A stretch of 27,659 nucleotides of DNA from positions 1 through 27,659 of the forward strand of contig JAYUVP010000159.1 of NCBI GenBank assembly GCA_043753995.1. Reading direction: 5' to 3'. Shown here in pieces: positions 16,039 through 26,600 of the stretch; position 1 is the stretch's first letter, and each line of letters opens with the position of its first letter. This DNA comes from Fibrobacterota bacterium (GTDB taxonomy: Bacteria > Fibrobacterota > Fibrobacteria > UBA11236). The translations under genes were made by a program, and so were the position numbers. The notes below the pieces were generated by a model. It was not told the origin of the DNA. It saw only the letters and a list, made by a program, of their open reading frames with translations, and did no database searches.

Positions 16039-17930
16039 CTGTGGGGAATCGATTGCGTAAATTATTACTTGTATTTTTTGTCTTTTCTTTTGCCCTGCTA
16101 GGTTGCGCTCCGAGCATACCCCTGCTGGTTAGCGAAACTGAAAACACCAAGATCACCGTGCCTCAGGAATGGGAAAGCCATGGTGCGTATTACCTCATTG
16201 ATGAGGCTAAAATATTGGCCTCATTTGAAAGGAATGCCTTTTATTCCGGGCCAACCACTAAGTGGCTGCTGCACAAAGTGATTCAAATCACCAGCAAGGA
16301 AGGGGTAAAACAGGCCTCGATGCCGGTGCCATTTTTTGGAATTCTCAGCAAGTTCGTTCTGATCATGAACGATTCCACCGGCAAGCCTATGCCCTTGGAC
16401 ACTCTCGCCTTGCGGCGCCATTATTTGGCAAAAGGAAGAATTGACTTCCCTAATGCACATCCTGGTTGCAAGGTCGGAGTCATGGTCACCTTGACTTCCG
16501 CTGAACCCGTTTCATGGATGGATCACTGGTTCTCCTCGGCATTGCCGGTTTTACGCGGCCTGCTTTCATTCAGCTATTCAAGTCGACATTTCACCTATGA
16601 GTTTAAGGAATACGGAGGCTTGGCAAAAGGGAAGGAGGTCGCTACCGCGAAAAACGGCGTCGTCACCATGAACTGGGAAGTCGTCCGGCAAATTCCGCGC
16701 TCAAAAATCAGTTATCAGGAAGGAGTGGATGTTTCCGAACCCCGCTTGGCTCTGGCCTTGCGCGAAGCTTTGCGAAGCCAAGTATTTGACGACTGGCGAA
16801 AATTGACCAAGCAATATGAAAGGGTCTTGATGGACAAGAGCACCTTCGCCAGCGAACGTGCTTTGCGACGCGTCACCGATAGCCTTACCCGGGATAAAAA
16901 CAAGGCCGCCGATAAAGCTGCAGCCATTCTAGCCTATTGCCAGGACAATCTTACCCTCGTCGACGGGAGCATTCATGCCATTAGGCCGGATGCCGTATTG
17001 AAGGCTCAAAAAGGCACGCTTTGGGATATTTCCGTGGTTGCGAAAACCATGCTTGAAAATGCGGGCCTCGAAACGCGCTTTTGGCTCACCCGCCCGCGCC
17101 ATCGAGGCGGTATCGATGCGGATTTTATTACCCCGGGAGCCCTATTGCAGCCCATCCTCGGCGTCAAAATCGATACCTCGTGGCGCATGTTTTATCCTTT
17201 CCGTCGCGGTTATGCCCTAGGAGAATATGATAGAACGGAGTTCAACCCCAAGGCCGTGACCATTGACGGTGGAGAACTCGAATTACTCCCTAAGCCTGTC
17301 CTAAAAAACACGGACTTCAGGCAAGAATACACCCTCGACCTAGGTCAAGCGGATAGCGCTATCCAGAATGAAACCATTATTTCTGGCCATGGCGCCATGT
17401 TCCTACGCAATACACTTTATGATTTAAGTGACAAAGACCGTAAAGAATATTTCCAGTCCGCCCTCCGCCGCCAAAATCGGCAAAATGCCTTGATTTCAGC
17501 TGACGTTACGGACCTAAAGAAACGCGGAGAACCCCTCAAGATTCATCTCGTCTTTGCCTCACCTAATCAAGTCGTGGAGCGTAAAGGGAAGGCGCAAATT
17601 CGTGTGGGTCCTCTTTTCGACATGGAATTCGATGGACTCGACAGTGCCCGCACTTCCGCTTATTTTCGCGAAATCCCGGTTCATTCGGTGGAAACCATTC
17701 ACCTATTAAAACCGTCGGGGCGAAAATCACGTCTCGAATTGCAATGCGATGATCAGAAAAATTCCCTTTTCGAAGTGCATTGCGAGCGCAAGGAAGACAG
17801 TAAGCAAATCACGGTCATCCGCACCCTCGAAATGCCCGCGGCGCGTGTGGGCGCTTTGGCTTTGCGCGAGTTTCTACCTGCTATCGCGGATTTGAATCGC
17901 ATTCGCGAGGCGACCGTTTTTATCGAATAG
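16023..17930 (+). CDS. Second DUF3857/transglutaminase-like lipoprotein, probably catalytically inactive
   Basis: Lipobox LLGC; same architecture as the upstream gene, but KGTLWDI replaces GDCK and there is no FNH or LDP. True start may be slightly downstream. Confidence 0.72.
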   Translation: MAQELTVGNRLRKLLLVFFVFSFALLGCAPSIPLLVSETENTKITVPQEWESHGAYYLIDEAKILASFERNAFYSGPTTKWLLHKVIQITSKEGVKQASMPVPFFGILSKFVLIMNDSTGKPMPLDTLALRRHYLAKGRIDFPNAHPGCKVGVMVTLTSAEPVSWMDHWFSSALPVLRGLLSFSYSSRHFTYEFKEYGGLAKGKEVATAKNGVVTMNWEVVRQIPRSKISYQEGVDVSEPRLALALREALRSQVFDDWRKLTKQYERVLMDKSTFASERALRRVTDSLTRDKNKAADKAAAILAYCQDNLTLVDGSIHAIRPDAVLKAQKGTLWDISVVAKTMLENAGLETRFWLTRPRHRGGIDADFITPGALLQPILGVKIDTSWRMFYPFRRGYALGEYDRTEFNPKAVTIDGGELELLPKPVLKNTDFRQEYTLDLGQADSAIQNETIISGHGAMFLRNTLYDLSDKDRKEYFQSALRRQNRQNALISADVTDLKKRGEPLKIHLVFASPNQVVERKGKAQIRVGPLFDMEFDGLDSARTSAYFREIPVHSVETIHLLKPSGRKSRLELQCDDQKNSLFEVHCERKEDSKQITVIRTLEMPAARVGALALREFLPAIADLNRIREATVFIE

Positions 17931-17933
17931 GAA

Positions 17934-17955
17934 TAGAGTCTGAATCTGGACTCTA
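17934..17955. terminator. Hairpin between convergent genes (possible bidirectional terminator)
   Basis: TAGAGTC...GACTCTA inverted repeat in the 33-bp gap; no clear U tract. Confidence 0.4.
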
Positions 17956-17963
17956 ACCATGCC

Positions 17964-20285
17964 CTAATTCAGCATCGCCCAATCGACGCCAAAGCGAAAA
18001 TTCACCCCTGGGGGATGTACGCCGGGCTCGGGAGCATAGCGATCGTGATTCATATTGGAAGTGCGAAAATGCAAGGTGAAAGTCTTCACCTGCATGGCTG
18101 CATAAAAATCGAGCATGAGATATTCATCAAGCTTGGTAAGGCCAGCATTGCCGTCCATGCGTGAAGCCCAGGCATAGCGCGTCGAAACCCATTCCCAATC
18201 CCACCGGGTGATGACCCGCAGACGATCGCTGACGAGGCGGCGCGTCCAAAGCAATTGGCCGCGAAAAACCCTCTCAGGCGTGGCCAAATTGGCCACCGGG
18301 CCTTGGGTGAAATCCGCATCGTCCATATCGTCTCGCAAGAGAAAACGATTTTCTAGCCAGAGCCGCCAATTTCCCGCCTGGAGTCGCAAGCCCAATAAAG
18401 CTTGTTGGCGGATTTCCTGATCATAATTTCGCCAGCGTAAGGCCAAGGTATCGGCCAAAAGAACGCTGTCGCCACAACGCGCCGACAAGGTCGCATACTG
18501 TCCCGCCGCGAGATCACCGCAAGCCTGGGGCGATGGCAATACCCGGGGGGCCCAATTGTCTTGCAACCAGTGGCCATCAAAGCCGAGATAAAAGCCCAAT
18601 CGGGGGCTGTCCCAGGCGACTCTTCCCTGCAAGCCCTGGTCCCAGCGGGGGCGCAAATCGGGAGTGGCCAGCCTATTCAAAACCCGATCTTCGTGGTAAA
18701 GGCGCGCGCCCTCTGGGTTTTCTCGCCTCGTCAAAGCCCCGCCGCCCACAGCAAAGCCCCAGGGCAAGGTCCAATGACTTTCCATCCAAGCATCGGGCAA
18801 ATAGTCGATGCGATTGGACGCCCGGCTCTCACGTTGGAATCCGCCTCCGGCGGCGACCCGGCCATGGCTCAGGCCATAGCGCGCTTCGCCGTTCACGCCT
18901 TGGCCATCGCGCCAGCCGGAAGAGTCGCCTAAGCCTCGGAAAAGGAGCAAGGGCCCGGTGAGCTCTTCGCTTTCGCCGAAAACTTTGGCAAGCATATGCA
19001 AACTGTCTTTCCGCCAAGCCAAGTGACCTTCGGCGCTGTTCACCACCGATTCATGCAAGGCCTTGCCGAGAAGGATGGCTTTCGCCGCCGTATCCGCTGG
19101 GTTACCTGTCGCCGTGTCGCGCAAAATCACCGTCGTCAAATCGCTCTCCGCCGATCCTCGGGTCAACGATGCGGAATAATGCCAGGGGCCTTTTTCACCC
19201 GCATAAAGCAAGCCGAAGGCGTCACTACCATATTGCGACACCAGGGGAGCGAAAAGCGAATCGTTTTGGGCGGCATTGTAGGGCAGGGGCAAATGGCTGC
19301 GATTGCGCACCCGATCGTAAAACACCTCGACCACTTGATTCGTGTCCAGCCAAAAGCCCAGGCGCGGGCGCATGTGATTGGCTTCGACCTTAGGAGCCAG
19401 GCCTTCTAATGGCAAGGAGGAGCTGTCGCGATCGATTGGCGCATAGAGCTTGCCTAAAAAACCCCAGCCGCTCAGATAAGGCTGATGCACATTGAAGCTG
19501 TATTTGAATGTCTGCGAGTCGGCACTCTGCGAGGAATAACTCATAGCCACATAGGAACCGCCCATCAGAGCGCGCTCCAAGTCGACTTGAAATTGATTGA
19601 AAGCCAAGGCGCCGCGCTGCCATTGCAGGCGCGTCAAGGGCGTGTCTAGGGGTGCTATGGGCGACCAGGCTTCGCCATAAGCAGTAGGACTGAAATCCGG
19701 TCCTTCGCTTCTTACCCTCTCAGGCAAGCGCATGCCGCCGGATCCATAGGGCGAAAAAGCGGCATTGGGCATATAGGGCGAGGACCAGGGCAAGGCTTCC
19801 CAGCGGGAGGCATCGAAAACTTGGGCGCGCGTCCCCGGAAAACCTTGGCCTAGCATCACCCAGGGGCCTTGCCCCCGTAAGCATTCTCCGACCTGTTCGG
19901 CTGATTCGTCGCAAGCATATTGCGCCGCTGCCGGAACCTTGAGGCCATAGTGACGCGGGGCTTTGCGCTTGCCCTTGCCTTGCGCATTCGCGGCCGAATC
20001 CGCGCGCCAAACGCGCAGGGAATCGCTTTGTGGGGTGGACACGAATTCCGTGTCATAAATACTGCCATCTATGCTTGTGTCCGCGGCGGCCGATGGCAAA
20101 GCCGAAGTATCGACAGGCAGGATCGCAGTATCCCGCACCGGAACTGTAGGCGGAGCCGCTGTCCGAGTCGCAGGCGAGACCAACGCTGGCAATGGCTTGG
20201 CCGTGCTATCTACAGGGACGGCGCCCCAGGGCAAGGCCCAAGCGACTAAGATGGCTAGAATAGCGGCGAATGCAGCGCGCGACAT
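17964..20285 (-). CDS. Outer-membrane beta-barrel protein (putative porin-like)
   Basis: Signal peptide from MSRAAF; Pro/Thr/Asp-rich N-terminus; amphipathic beta strands; ends Y...PG..P....FRFGVDW like FCB-group putative porins. The ORF extension to 20417 overlaps the HAD gene. Confidence 0.7.
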   Translation of the reverse strand: MSRAAFAAILAILVAWALPWGAVPVDSTAKPLPALVSPATRTAAPPTVPVRDTAILPVDTSALPSAAADTSIDGSIYDTEFVSTPQSDSLRVWRADSAANAQGKGKRKAPRHYGLKVPAAAQYACDESAEQVGECLRGQGPWVMLGQGFPGTRAQVFDASRWEALPWSSPYMPNAAFSPYGSGGMRLPERVRSEGPDFSPTAYGEAWSPIAPLDTPLTRLQWQRGALAFNQFQVDLERALMGGSYVAMSYSSQSADSQTFKYSFNVHQPYLSGWGFLGKLYAPIDRDSSSLPLEGLAPKVEANHMRPRLGFWLDTNQVVEVFYDRVRNRSHLPLPYNAAQNDSLFAPLVSQYGSDAFGLLYAGEKGPWHYSASLTRGSAESDLTTVILRDTATGNPADTAAKAILLGKALHESVVNSAEGHLAWRKDSLHMLAKVFGESEELTGPLLLFRGLGDSSGWRDGQGVNGEARYGLSHGRVAAGGGFQRESRASNRIDYLPDAWMESHWTLPWGFAVGGGALTRRENPEGARLYHEDRVLNRLATPDLRPRWDQGLQGRVAWDSPRLGFYLGFDGHWLQDNWAPRVLPSPQACGDLAAGQYATLSARCGDSVLLADTLALRWRNYDQEIRQQALLGLRLQAGNWRLWLENRFLLRDDMDDADFTQGPVANLATPERVFRGQLLWTRRLVSDRLRVITRWDWEWVSTRYAWASRMDGNAGLTKLDEYLMLDFYAAMQVKTFTLHFRTSNMNHDRYAPEPGVHPPGVNFRFGVDWAMLN

Positions 20286-20316
20286 GGATGCGCCAAGGTA
20301 GCTAGAGCGGACCTTT

Positions 20317-20646
20317 TCAACGGCCCGCGATGAGGCGACGCATTTCGTCCCAATTGTCCTCAAAGCGAACGGCCTTATCGTCGATATAGACATCGGCGTA
20401 GATCTTACGGGTGCCAAGGTCAGATCCGGGTACCGGCGTATTGATGGAGTCGAAGGGGAGGTCGTTTTGAATCAGAAATTCGCGGACCGCTTGCTCTTCC
20501 TTGCCTGCGCGGCAAGTCCAAATGGCGATTTTATGTCCGCCTTTTTTGAAAGCCTTGAGGGCTTCCCGGGCACCGGTCTTCAGGGCGCCAATGTCGGGGT
20601 ATTTGTGGTCGACCACGGTCCCGTCGAAATCCACTGCGATAATCAT
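20317..20646 (-). CDS. Small capless HAD-superfamily hydrolase/phosphatase (BT0820-like)
   Basis: MIIAVDFDGT (motif I), IWTCR (II), RK (III) and YIDDKA (IV); ATG overlaps the kinase stop. Confidence 0.9.
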   Translation of the reverse strand: MIIAVDFDGTVVDHKYPDIGALKTGAREALKAFKKGGHKIAIWTCRAGKEEQAVREFLIQNDLPFDSINTPVPGSDLGTRKIYADVYIDDKAVRFEDNWDEMRRLIAGR

Positions 20647-21641
20647 GGTATCTCCAAAATCCACGTATTGAGAGCATGGGCGAATTCCACCATGGAAGCC
20701 GGACGCTTCTCGATGTCGCGGGACATGCCCCGTAGCAAAAGGGCGCGCAGCCGATCGCCGTTCTTGAAAGGTATTTCCGGCACTTCGGGCTCTACGGTGG
20801 CGAGGGCCGCAAGGCCGTCTAGCTCATAGTCCATGGTTTCACGATTGGCGAAAGGATGCTCCCCGGTGAAGGCATAGGCCGCCATGCAAGCCAGCGAAAA
20901 AACATCGGTGCGTTGATCGACCTTATAATAATCGCCGGTCAACTGTTCATAGCTCATATAGGAGGGCGTGCCCAGCACGGTAAGATGCTCGTCGGCTACA
21001 TCGTCTTTTACATAGGACCAGCGCGCCGATCCCAAGTCGGTGAGATAGGGCTCCCAGCCGCGCACGATGATATTGCTTGGCTTGAGATCACGGTGAATGA
21101 CGCCGCGGAAATGCAATTCGCCCACTAGGCCAGCCACGGCATTGATGAAGACGATGCGCCGCATCAATTCCTTCACGTCGCGCGGCTTGCGTTTGCTTTG
21201 CTCCAGGAAATTCGGGCCGTCGACATATTCCATCAGAGTGAAATAATGCTTGCCGAGCAAATGGCCATAGTCATAGAGCTTGACCACATTACGGATATTT
21301 TGCGAAGTCAAATAGCTGTTATAAAAAATCTCATTCAAAAAGGTTTTGACCACGCGATTGTTGACCACGGGCTGGGCACCCTGATAAAGGGAAGGACGCA
21401 AGACACGTAGCACGGCCATATGCACGCCTTTGCCGGGCACATTGACTTGGGGAGCCAGGAAGACATCGCAAAAACCGCCCGATCCCAGCCATCGGGTCAG
21501 CATCATGCCGGGATCATAGGCCCGAAAATCGTCTTCTAATTGATGGCGATAGTCTTCCAATTCGGGGGAAGCGGCCTCTTCGCCGGGCCTTCGCCGCGTC
21601 GTGGTCAGCCAATTGGTGATGGTGTCGATGTGAAAATCCAT
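20643..21641 (-). CDS. Hanks-type Ser/Thr protein kinase with atypical motifs
   Basis: LGSGGF, NVVKLYDYG, MEYVDG, HRDLKPSN, TDLG, GTPSYMSYEQ and TDVFSL motifs; no TM or sensor domain. Confidence 0.9.
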   Translation of the reverse strand: MDFHIDTITNWLTTTRRRPGEEAASPELEDYRHQLEDDFRAYDPGMMLTRWLGSGGFCDVFLAPQVNVPGKGVHMAVLRVLRPSLYQGAQPVVNNRVVKTFLNEIFYNSYLTSQNIRNVVKLYDYGHLLGKHYFTLMEYVDGPNFLEQSKRKPRDVKELMRRIVFINAVAGLVGELHFRGVIHRDLKPSNIIVRGWEPYLTDLGSARWSYVKDDVADEHLTVLGTPSYMSYEQLTGDYYKVDQRTDVFSLACMAAYAFTGEHPFANRETMDYELDGLAALATVEPEVPEIPFKNGDRLRALLLRGMSRDIEKRPASMVEFAHALNTWILEIP

Positions 21642-21777
21642 GAACAAAGCCTATTCCGTGACCCAGGGACCGACCCGAGCGCTGGGGCCATCATATAAAA
21701 TCCAAAAAGCATCGGCACCTCCCGCGTGAGTGATAGACCGCTTTTCTTTCCTCGGGAGCTACCTTGCCCCTAGAATC

Positions 21778-22872
21778 ATGCAAAAACCGGCAAATACTTT
21801 GGTGGCAGTCGCCATGAGCGGCGGGGTCGATTCCTCGGTAGCCGCGCTTTTGCTGCATCGGGCCGGTTACCGGACGGTCGGCCTCACCATGAAATTGTGG
21901 AGCCCACCCAAGGATCCTTGCGACGAGGGCACCGACAAGGCCTGCTGCACGGTCGACAGCGCCATGGATGCCAAGCGGGTTTGCGATCAAATCGGCATGC
22001 CGCATTTCACCCTGGACATGCAAGAAGATTTCGAGACACGCGTCATCGCCCCGTTTTACGAGGCTTATCGCAATGGCGAAACGCCCAATCCTTGCGTCAA
22101 TTGCAATAGCTTCGTGAAATGGGATGCTCTCTGGGCCCGCGCCCGCGCCATCGGCGCGGACTTTATCGCCACGGGCCACTATGCTAAAACGGAGGCCGCC
22201 GACGGGCGCACCTTCATCCTGCGCGGCGATGCCGCCAAGGATCAGAGCTATTTCCTCTGGGGCGTGCCGCCTGACACCCTGGCGAAAACCTTATTCCCCC
22301 TGGGTGCCCTCGACAAGCCTTCGGTGCGTCGCTTGGCGACGGAGGCCGGCTTACGCACGGCAGCCAAGGCTGAGAGCCAGGATATTTGCTTCGTACCCAA
22401 GGGGAATTACCGCGACTTCGTGGATGCCTATGGCGCCAAGCGCGGCGAAACCTTTGCGCCCGGCCCCCTGGTTGGGCCCGGCGGCGAAGTATTGGGACAG
22501 CATACCGGCATCGCCCACTACACCATAGGCCAGCGCAAGGGTATCGGTGTCGCGGCAGGGGAACCGCTCTATGTCACCCGACTCGATCGTGACAGCAATA
22601 CGGTGACTCTGGGCAGGCGCGAAGACTTGCAGGCGACGACCTTCCGCGCGGATCGCCTCAATCGCTTCGAAGAAGCGTGGGAAACCCGCGAATGCTTGGT
22701 GCAATACCGCTATCGCTCGCGCCTGGTGCCCGCCACCCTGCGGGATGACGGTCATGGCTGGGTTACCGTCACCTTGCAGTCACCTGGGGACGGCATAAGC
22801 CCGGGGCAAAGCGCCGCCTTTTTTGACGGGGATCGCCTCATCGGCGGGGCGCGTATACGCGAGGTGGGGTGA
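21778..22872 (+). CDS. mnmA: tRNA 2-thiouridine(34) synthase
   Basis: AMSGGVDS, CC, TPNPCVNCN, ATGHYA, KDQSYFL, ESQDICF, YTIGQRKG and PGQ motifs; ATG at 21778 preferred. Confidence 0.97.
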   Translation: MQKPANTLVAVAMSGGVDSSVAALLLHRAGYRTVGLTMKLWSPPKDPCDEGTDKACCTVDSAMDAKRVCDQIGMPHFTLDMQEDFETRVIAPFYEAYRNGETPNPCVNCNSFVKWDALWARARAIGADFIATGHYAKTEAADGRTFILRGDAAKDQSYFLWGVPPDTLAKTLFPLGALDKPSVRRLATEAGLRTAAKAESQDICFVPKGNYRDFVDAYGAKRGETFAPGPLVGPGGEVLGQHTGIAHYTIGQRKGIGVAAGEPLYVTRLDRDSNTVTLGRREDLQATTFRADRLNRFEEAWETRECLVQYRYRSRLVPATLRDDGHGWVTVTLQSPGDGISPGQSAAFFDGDRLIGGARIREVG

Positions 22873-23031
22873 GCCTTATCACTCGACCCATCCCCCACCG
22901 ACGTTTTTCAACCGAGATCGGTAACCGCCCCTAGCCGATTTATTTCAGAAAGTGATTTCACTTCGGTAATACGGGTGAATTTTTAAGATTTCCCTCCTTG
23001 TGAAACTTTCCTTTGATTTTACGTTTCGCCC

Positions 23032-23673
23032 ATGACTCGATTTTTTTTCTTGCTGTTCCTTGCCAACTTCGCGCTCGCCCAAGCCACTTCAGGGGACACC
23101 GCAGCCGCCATCCCGCCCCAAGGCCTCGATCAAACCCGCATTCAAAATGATTATGTGAACGGGGATTTCGAAAAAGTCCAATTGGAAATCACCCGCTTTC
23201 AAAGCCAGACTTCCCGCTATTCCCGCAGCGACAGCCTATGCATTGCCCGTCACCTATCCGTGATTCACGCCGCCAACCCCCTCACGGTCGAAGTCGGCAA
23301 ACATTGGATGTATGAACTTTTCAAGATCGACTCCATGGCCACCGTGAGCGACATGTATGTCAGCGAAGAAATCGATCGCTTATTCAATAAAGTACGCGCG
23401 GAGTTCATATCAAGGCAGAAACCGAGGGCCCCGGCGCCATTACAACCCGTCGCCACCTCGCCAATGCAAAAACCGTCGGTCGAGACTCCGGTGGCCAACC
23501 CCCAAGTCGGGTCTTCGAAAAGAACCGGCTGGAATAAATCGCTTTACTGGATGATGGGCGGGGCCGTGGCCGCGGCGGCCGCAACGACGGCCATTGTTTT
23601 ATTGGCGCCAGAGGATGCAAAGCCCGGCGCACCCAAGGAATACATCATTCGCAAGGAAGTAGCCGCGCCATGA
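23032..23673 (+). CDS. Exported hypothetical protein with C-terminal membrane segment
   Basis: Signal peptide (ALA/Q), helical domain, Pro-rich linker and hydrophobic YWMMGGAVAAAAATTAIVLL; stop overlaps the next ATG. Confidence 0.8.
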   Translation: MTRFFFLLFLANFALAQATSGDTAAAIPPQGLDQTRIQNDYVNGDFEKVQLEITRFQSQTSRYSRSDSLCIARHLSVIHAANPLTVEVGKHWMYELFKIDSMATVSDMYVSEEIDRLFNKVRAEFISRQKPRAPAPLQPVATSPMQKPSVETPVANPQVGSSKRTGWNKSLYWMMGGAVAAAAATTAIVLLAPEDAKPGAPKEYIIRKEVAAP

Positions 23674-26600
23674 GGAATTCAATGCCAAGATTTCCCGTAT
23701 GGCTGCGTTGGTTTGCCTTGCCTTTTTTGTTTTTGTTCTGGTTCTGCCAAAATCCAGAAACCGATGCCGATCATATCTGGCTCACCCCCGAAGCGGACAG
23801 CAGCTACCAAGATTTTTCCCGCCTTAGGATAGACTTCATTTTCGAAGGCGAGACCGACACCCTCCTCCTATTTAATGACTCCTTAAAGACCTTCGAGGAT
23901 TTGCATCGACTGACCATCCCCAATCGCGGCTCTGGCAAGGGACGGCTTCTATTTCGCGGCTTCGAATCCGGTGGATCGCGTTTGGTCTACTCTGAAATTC
24001 GAGTCATTGACCTAGCCAATGGGAATTTGATTTCGGTGACCACCCAGCTGGATTTGCGGACCACGGTGGTAACCTCCATTCCCGGGGCACCTACCATCCG
24101 TTTCCCCTTTTCAGACACCTTAATCAGCATTGGAGACACCCTAACCCTATCGGCCATCCTCTTGGATTCGGGGGGTCAATTGCGTTCCTATGCCTGGGAT
24201 TTCACCGGCAATCAAGGTTTTACCACAGCCTTTTCCCTGGATCAAGCGAGTGATACCGTCTACGGAACGTACACCTTTCGCGACACGGGGACTCATGCTA
24301 TCAGCCTGAAAGTCATCAATGAAAACCGTCGTGAAACCCTGAAATCCCTGACGGTGCGGGTCGGACTCGACGTGCCCACAGCGATGGCCATTGCCGACTC
24401 AGTCATCAGCGTAGGCGATACGATTCGGTTGCATGGCGTGGGGAAAGACAGCCTGGGCCGCGTCAAGGAAATGGCATGGAAAATAGGCGATGGCGCTTAT
24501 CAAATCTCCGCAAAAGGGGATACTGCTTTTACCGCTCCTCTCCTGCCCGGCTCCTTAACCGCGGTCTTCCGTGTCATGGATGACGATGGCCTTTTCGCCT
24601 ACGATTCGGTGATCATCTCCCTTCGCCCGAGTTCCTCCGCCTATCTTAAAGCCCTTTCCATTAGGGAGGCGTCCCTTTCGCAAGGCTTTGATTGGGAATT
24701 GAGGGCCTATACAGCCACCGTCCTTTATGAGGTCGCTGAAATTCACCTCGATTTTCGACTCGCCCAAGCCGATGCGCAAATCAATATCGCCGGCCGTAAT
24801 CTTGCCTCGGGCGATACTTCCTATAAGGTGGAATTAAAGGTTGGACCCACTACCATTCCTATCCTTGTCACAGCACAAGACAAAAAAACTCAGCGCAATT
24901 ATGAGCTATTCGTCACGCGTCTGCCCAATGCCGATGCCACCTTGAAAGATCTCGCGCCTTCTCTGGGGAACCTTTCCCCCAAATTTTCACAGACAACTTT
25001 CAAATACACCTTGGAATTAGAAAACAACCAAGGCGAAGTGACCTTGACGCCTTCGGCAACGGATGACGTTCATGCCCAAATCCGAGTCAAGAACGTGATT
25101 ACCGCGTCTGGACATGCCTCCCAGCCTATAGCCTTAAGCGTCGGTACCGATACCATTCCCGTGGAAGTCCGAGCCCAAAACGATTCCGCGCGTTTGAACT
25201 ATCTCGTCATCGTGACGCGTAAGGCCTCCAGCGATGCCACCTTGAAAGGCCTCAAGCCAAGCCATGGCCCCTTATCACCCTCCTTGGCCTCCTCGATTCG
25301 GCAATATACCGACACGGTCCCTGGGGGTATTTCCAAGGTTACCCTTATTCCCATCGCCAATTCTGAATTCGCGAAAATTTGGGTGCAAGGAAAGGAAGTC
25401 GTTTCGGGCCAACCCAGCGACAGCCTTTCCTTACTCGTGGGCGACAATGCCATTCGAATTCTGGTCAAGGCACAAAATGGGGACAGCCTTGCCTATTTGG
25501 TCACCTTTCATCGACCTGATAGCGAGGCCAGGCTTAGCAATATTCAGGTGGATGCCGGAACCCTGACTCCGGCCTTTGATCCCGATCGCTTCCAGTATAC
25601 CGACACCGTAGCCAGCACAGTAACGGCCATCTCCGTCAAAGCCACGGCACTTTCTCCCGTGCGTTCGGTGCGTATCCAAGACACCGCGGTGTCAGGTTTG
25701 TCGGGAAGCCGAAACATCAACCTTTCGGTGGGAGACAATGTCATTTCCGTAGTGGGCATTGGTGAGGACGGCACCCGCCGGCAATATCAACTCATGGTGC
25801 ATCGGAAAAGCGGTGATGCAAGCCTGACGGCTTTAAGCTGCAATCCCACTTTGCCTCGTGTGATTCTTCAGTCTTCAATTTTCACTTATGGCGATACGGT
25901 AGACTACGGTGTCGATACTTTGCGAGTTTTGGCCCAGGCCAGCCACGCAAAAGCAACCTTGCTTATGAATGGCGCGCCCTTGACTTCTGGGCAATACTCC
26001 TCGCGACTCACCTTATTGAAGGGCATGAATAGCTTTGTCGTCAAGGTGGTAGCCGAAGACACGGCCATCACAAAGACTTATACGCTCAATATTGCCCGCC
26101 GTCGCGGATACATTAAAATAATCGGCGGCCCTGCGGAAGAATCGGGTATTTGGTTATCGCCCACTTCAGATGGCGGATTCGTTATTGCAGGTTCGGCTAT
26201 TAAAACGACGGGCCAACCCCTCGACGCCTTATTGTTAAAGGTGAACGCCGCTGGCGATACCCTGTGGAGTAAATCCTTTGGTGGAGCAGGCAAGGATGGC
26301 GGAAATGGAGTTGTGGAAAGTTTCGATCATGGCTTCTTACTTGCAGGAACTATGGTGCCTCCCGCTCGCACCGATTTAAACCTCTACTGGGTAAAAACCG
26401 ATTCTTCTGGAACTATGGCCTGGGAGAAAAATACCGGTGGAATTTCAAATGAGGGAGACTATGGCGCGGGAGTTCAAATGACACGAGACGGAGGGTATAT
26501 CCTCTGCAGCCAAACAGCGTCCTATGGGGCGGGCGGTACCGATATCTATGTCGTCAAAGTCAATAGCAGCGGCGACACAACCTGGACGAGACCTTTTGGT

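Noticed and set aside
20286..20417. N-terminal extension of the barrel ORF
   Set aside because: Overlaps the HAD gene; the signal peptide begins at MSRAAF (20285).
22882..22903. Possible fourth repeat copy after mnmA (minus strand GTCGGTGGGGGATGGGTCGAG)
   Set aside because: Resembles only the 5' G-rich part; the paired arm and 3' hairpin are absent.
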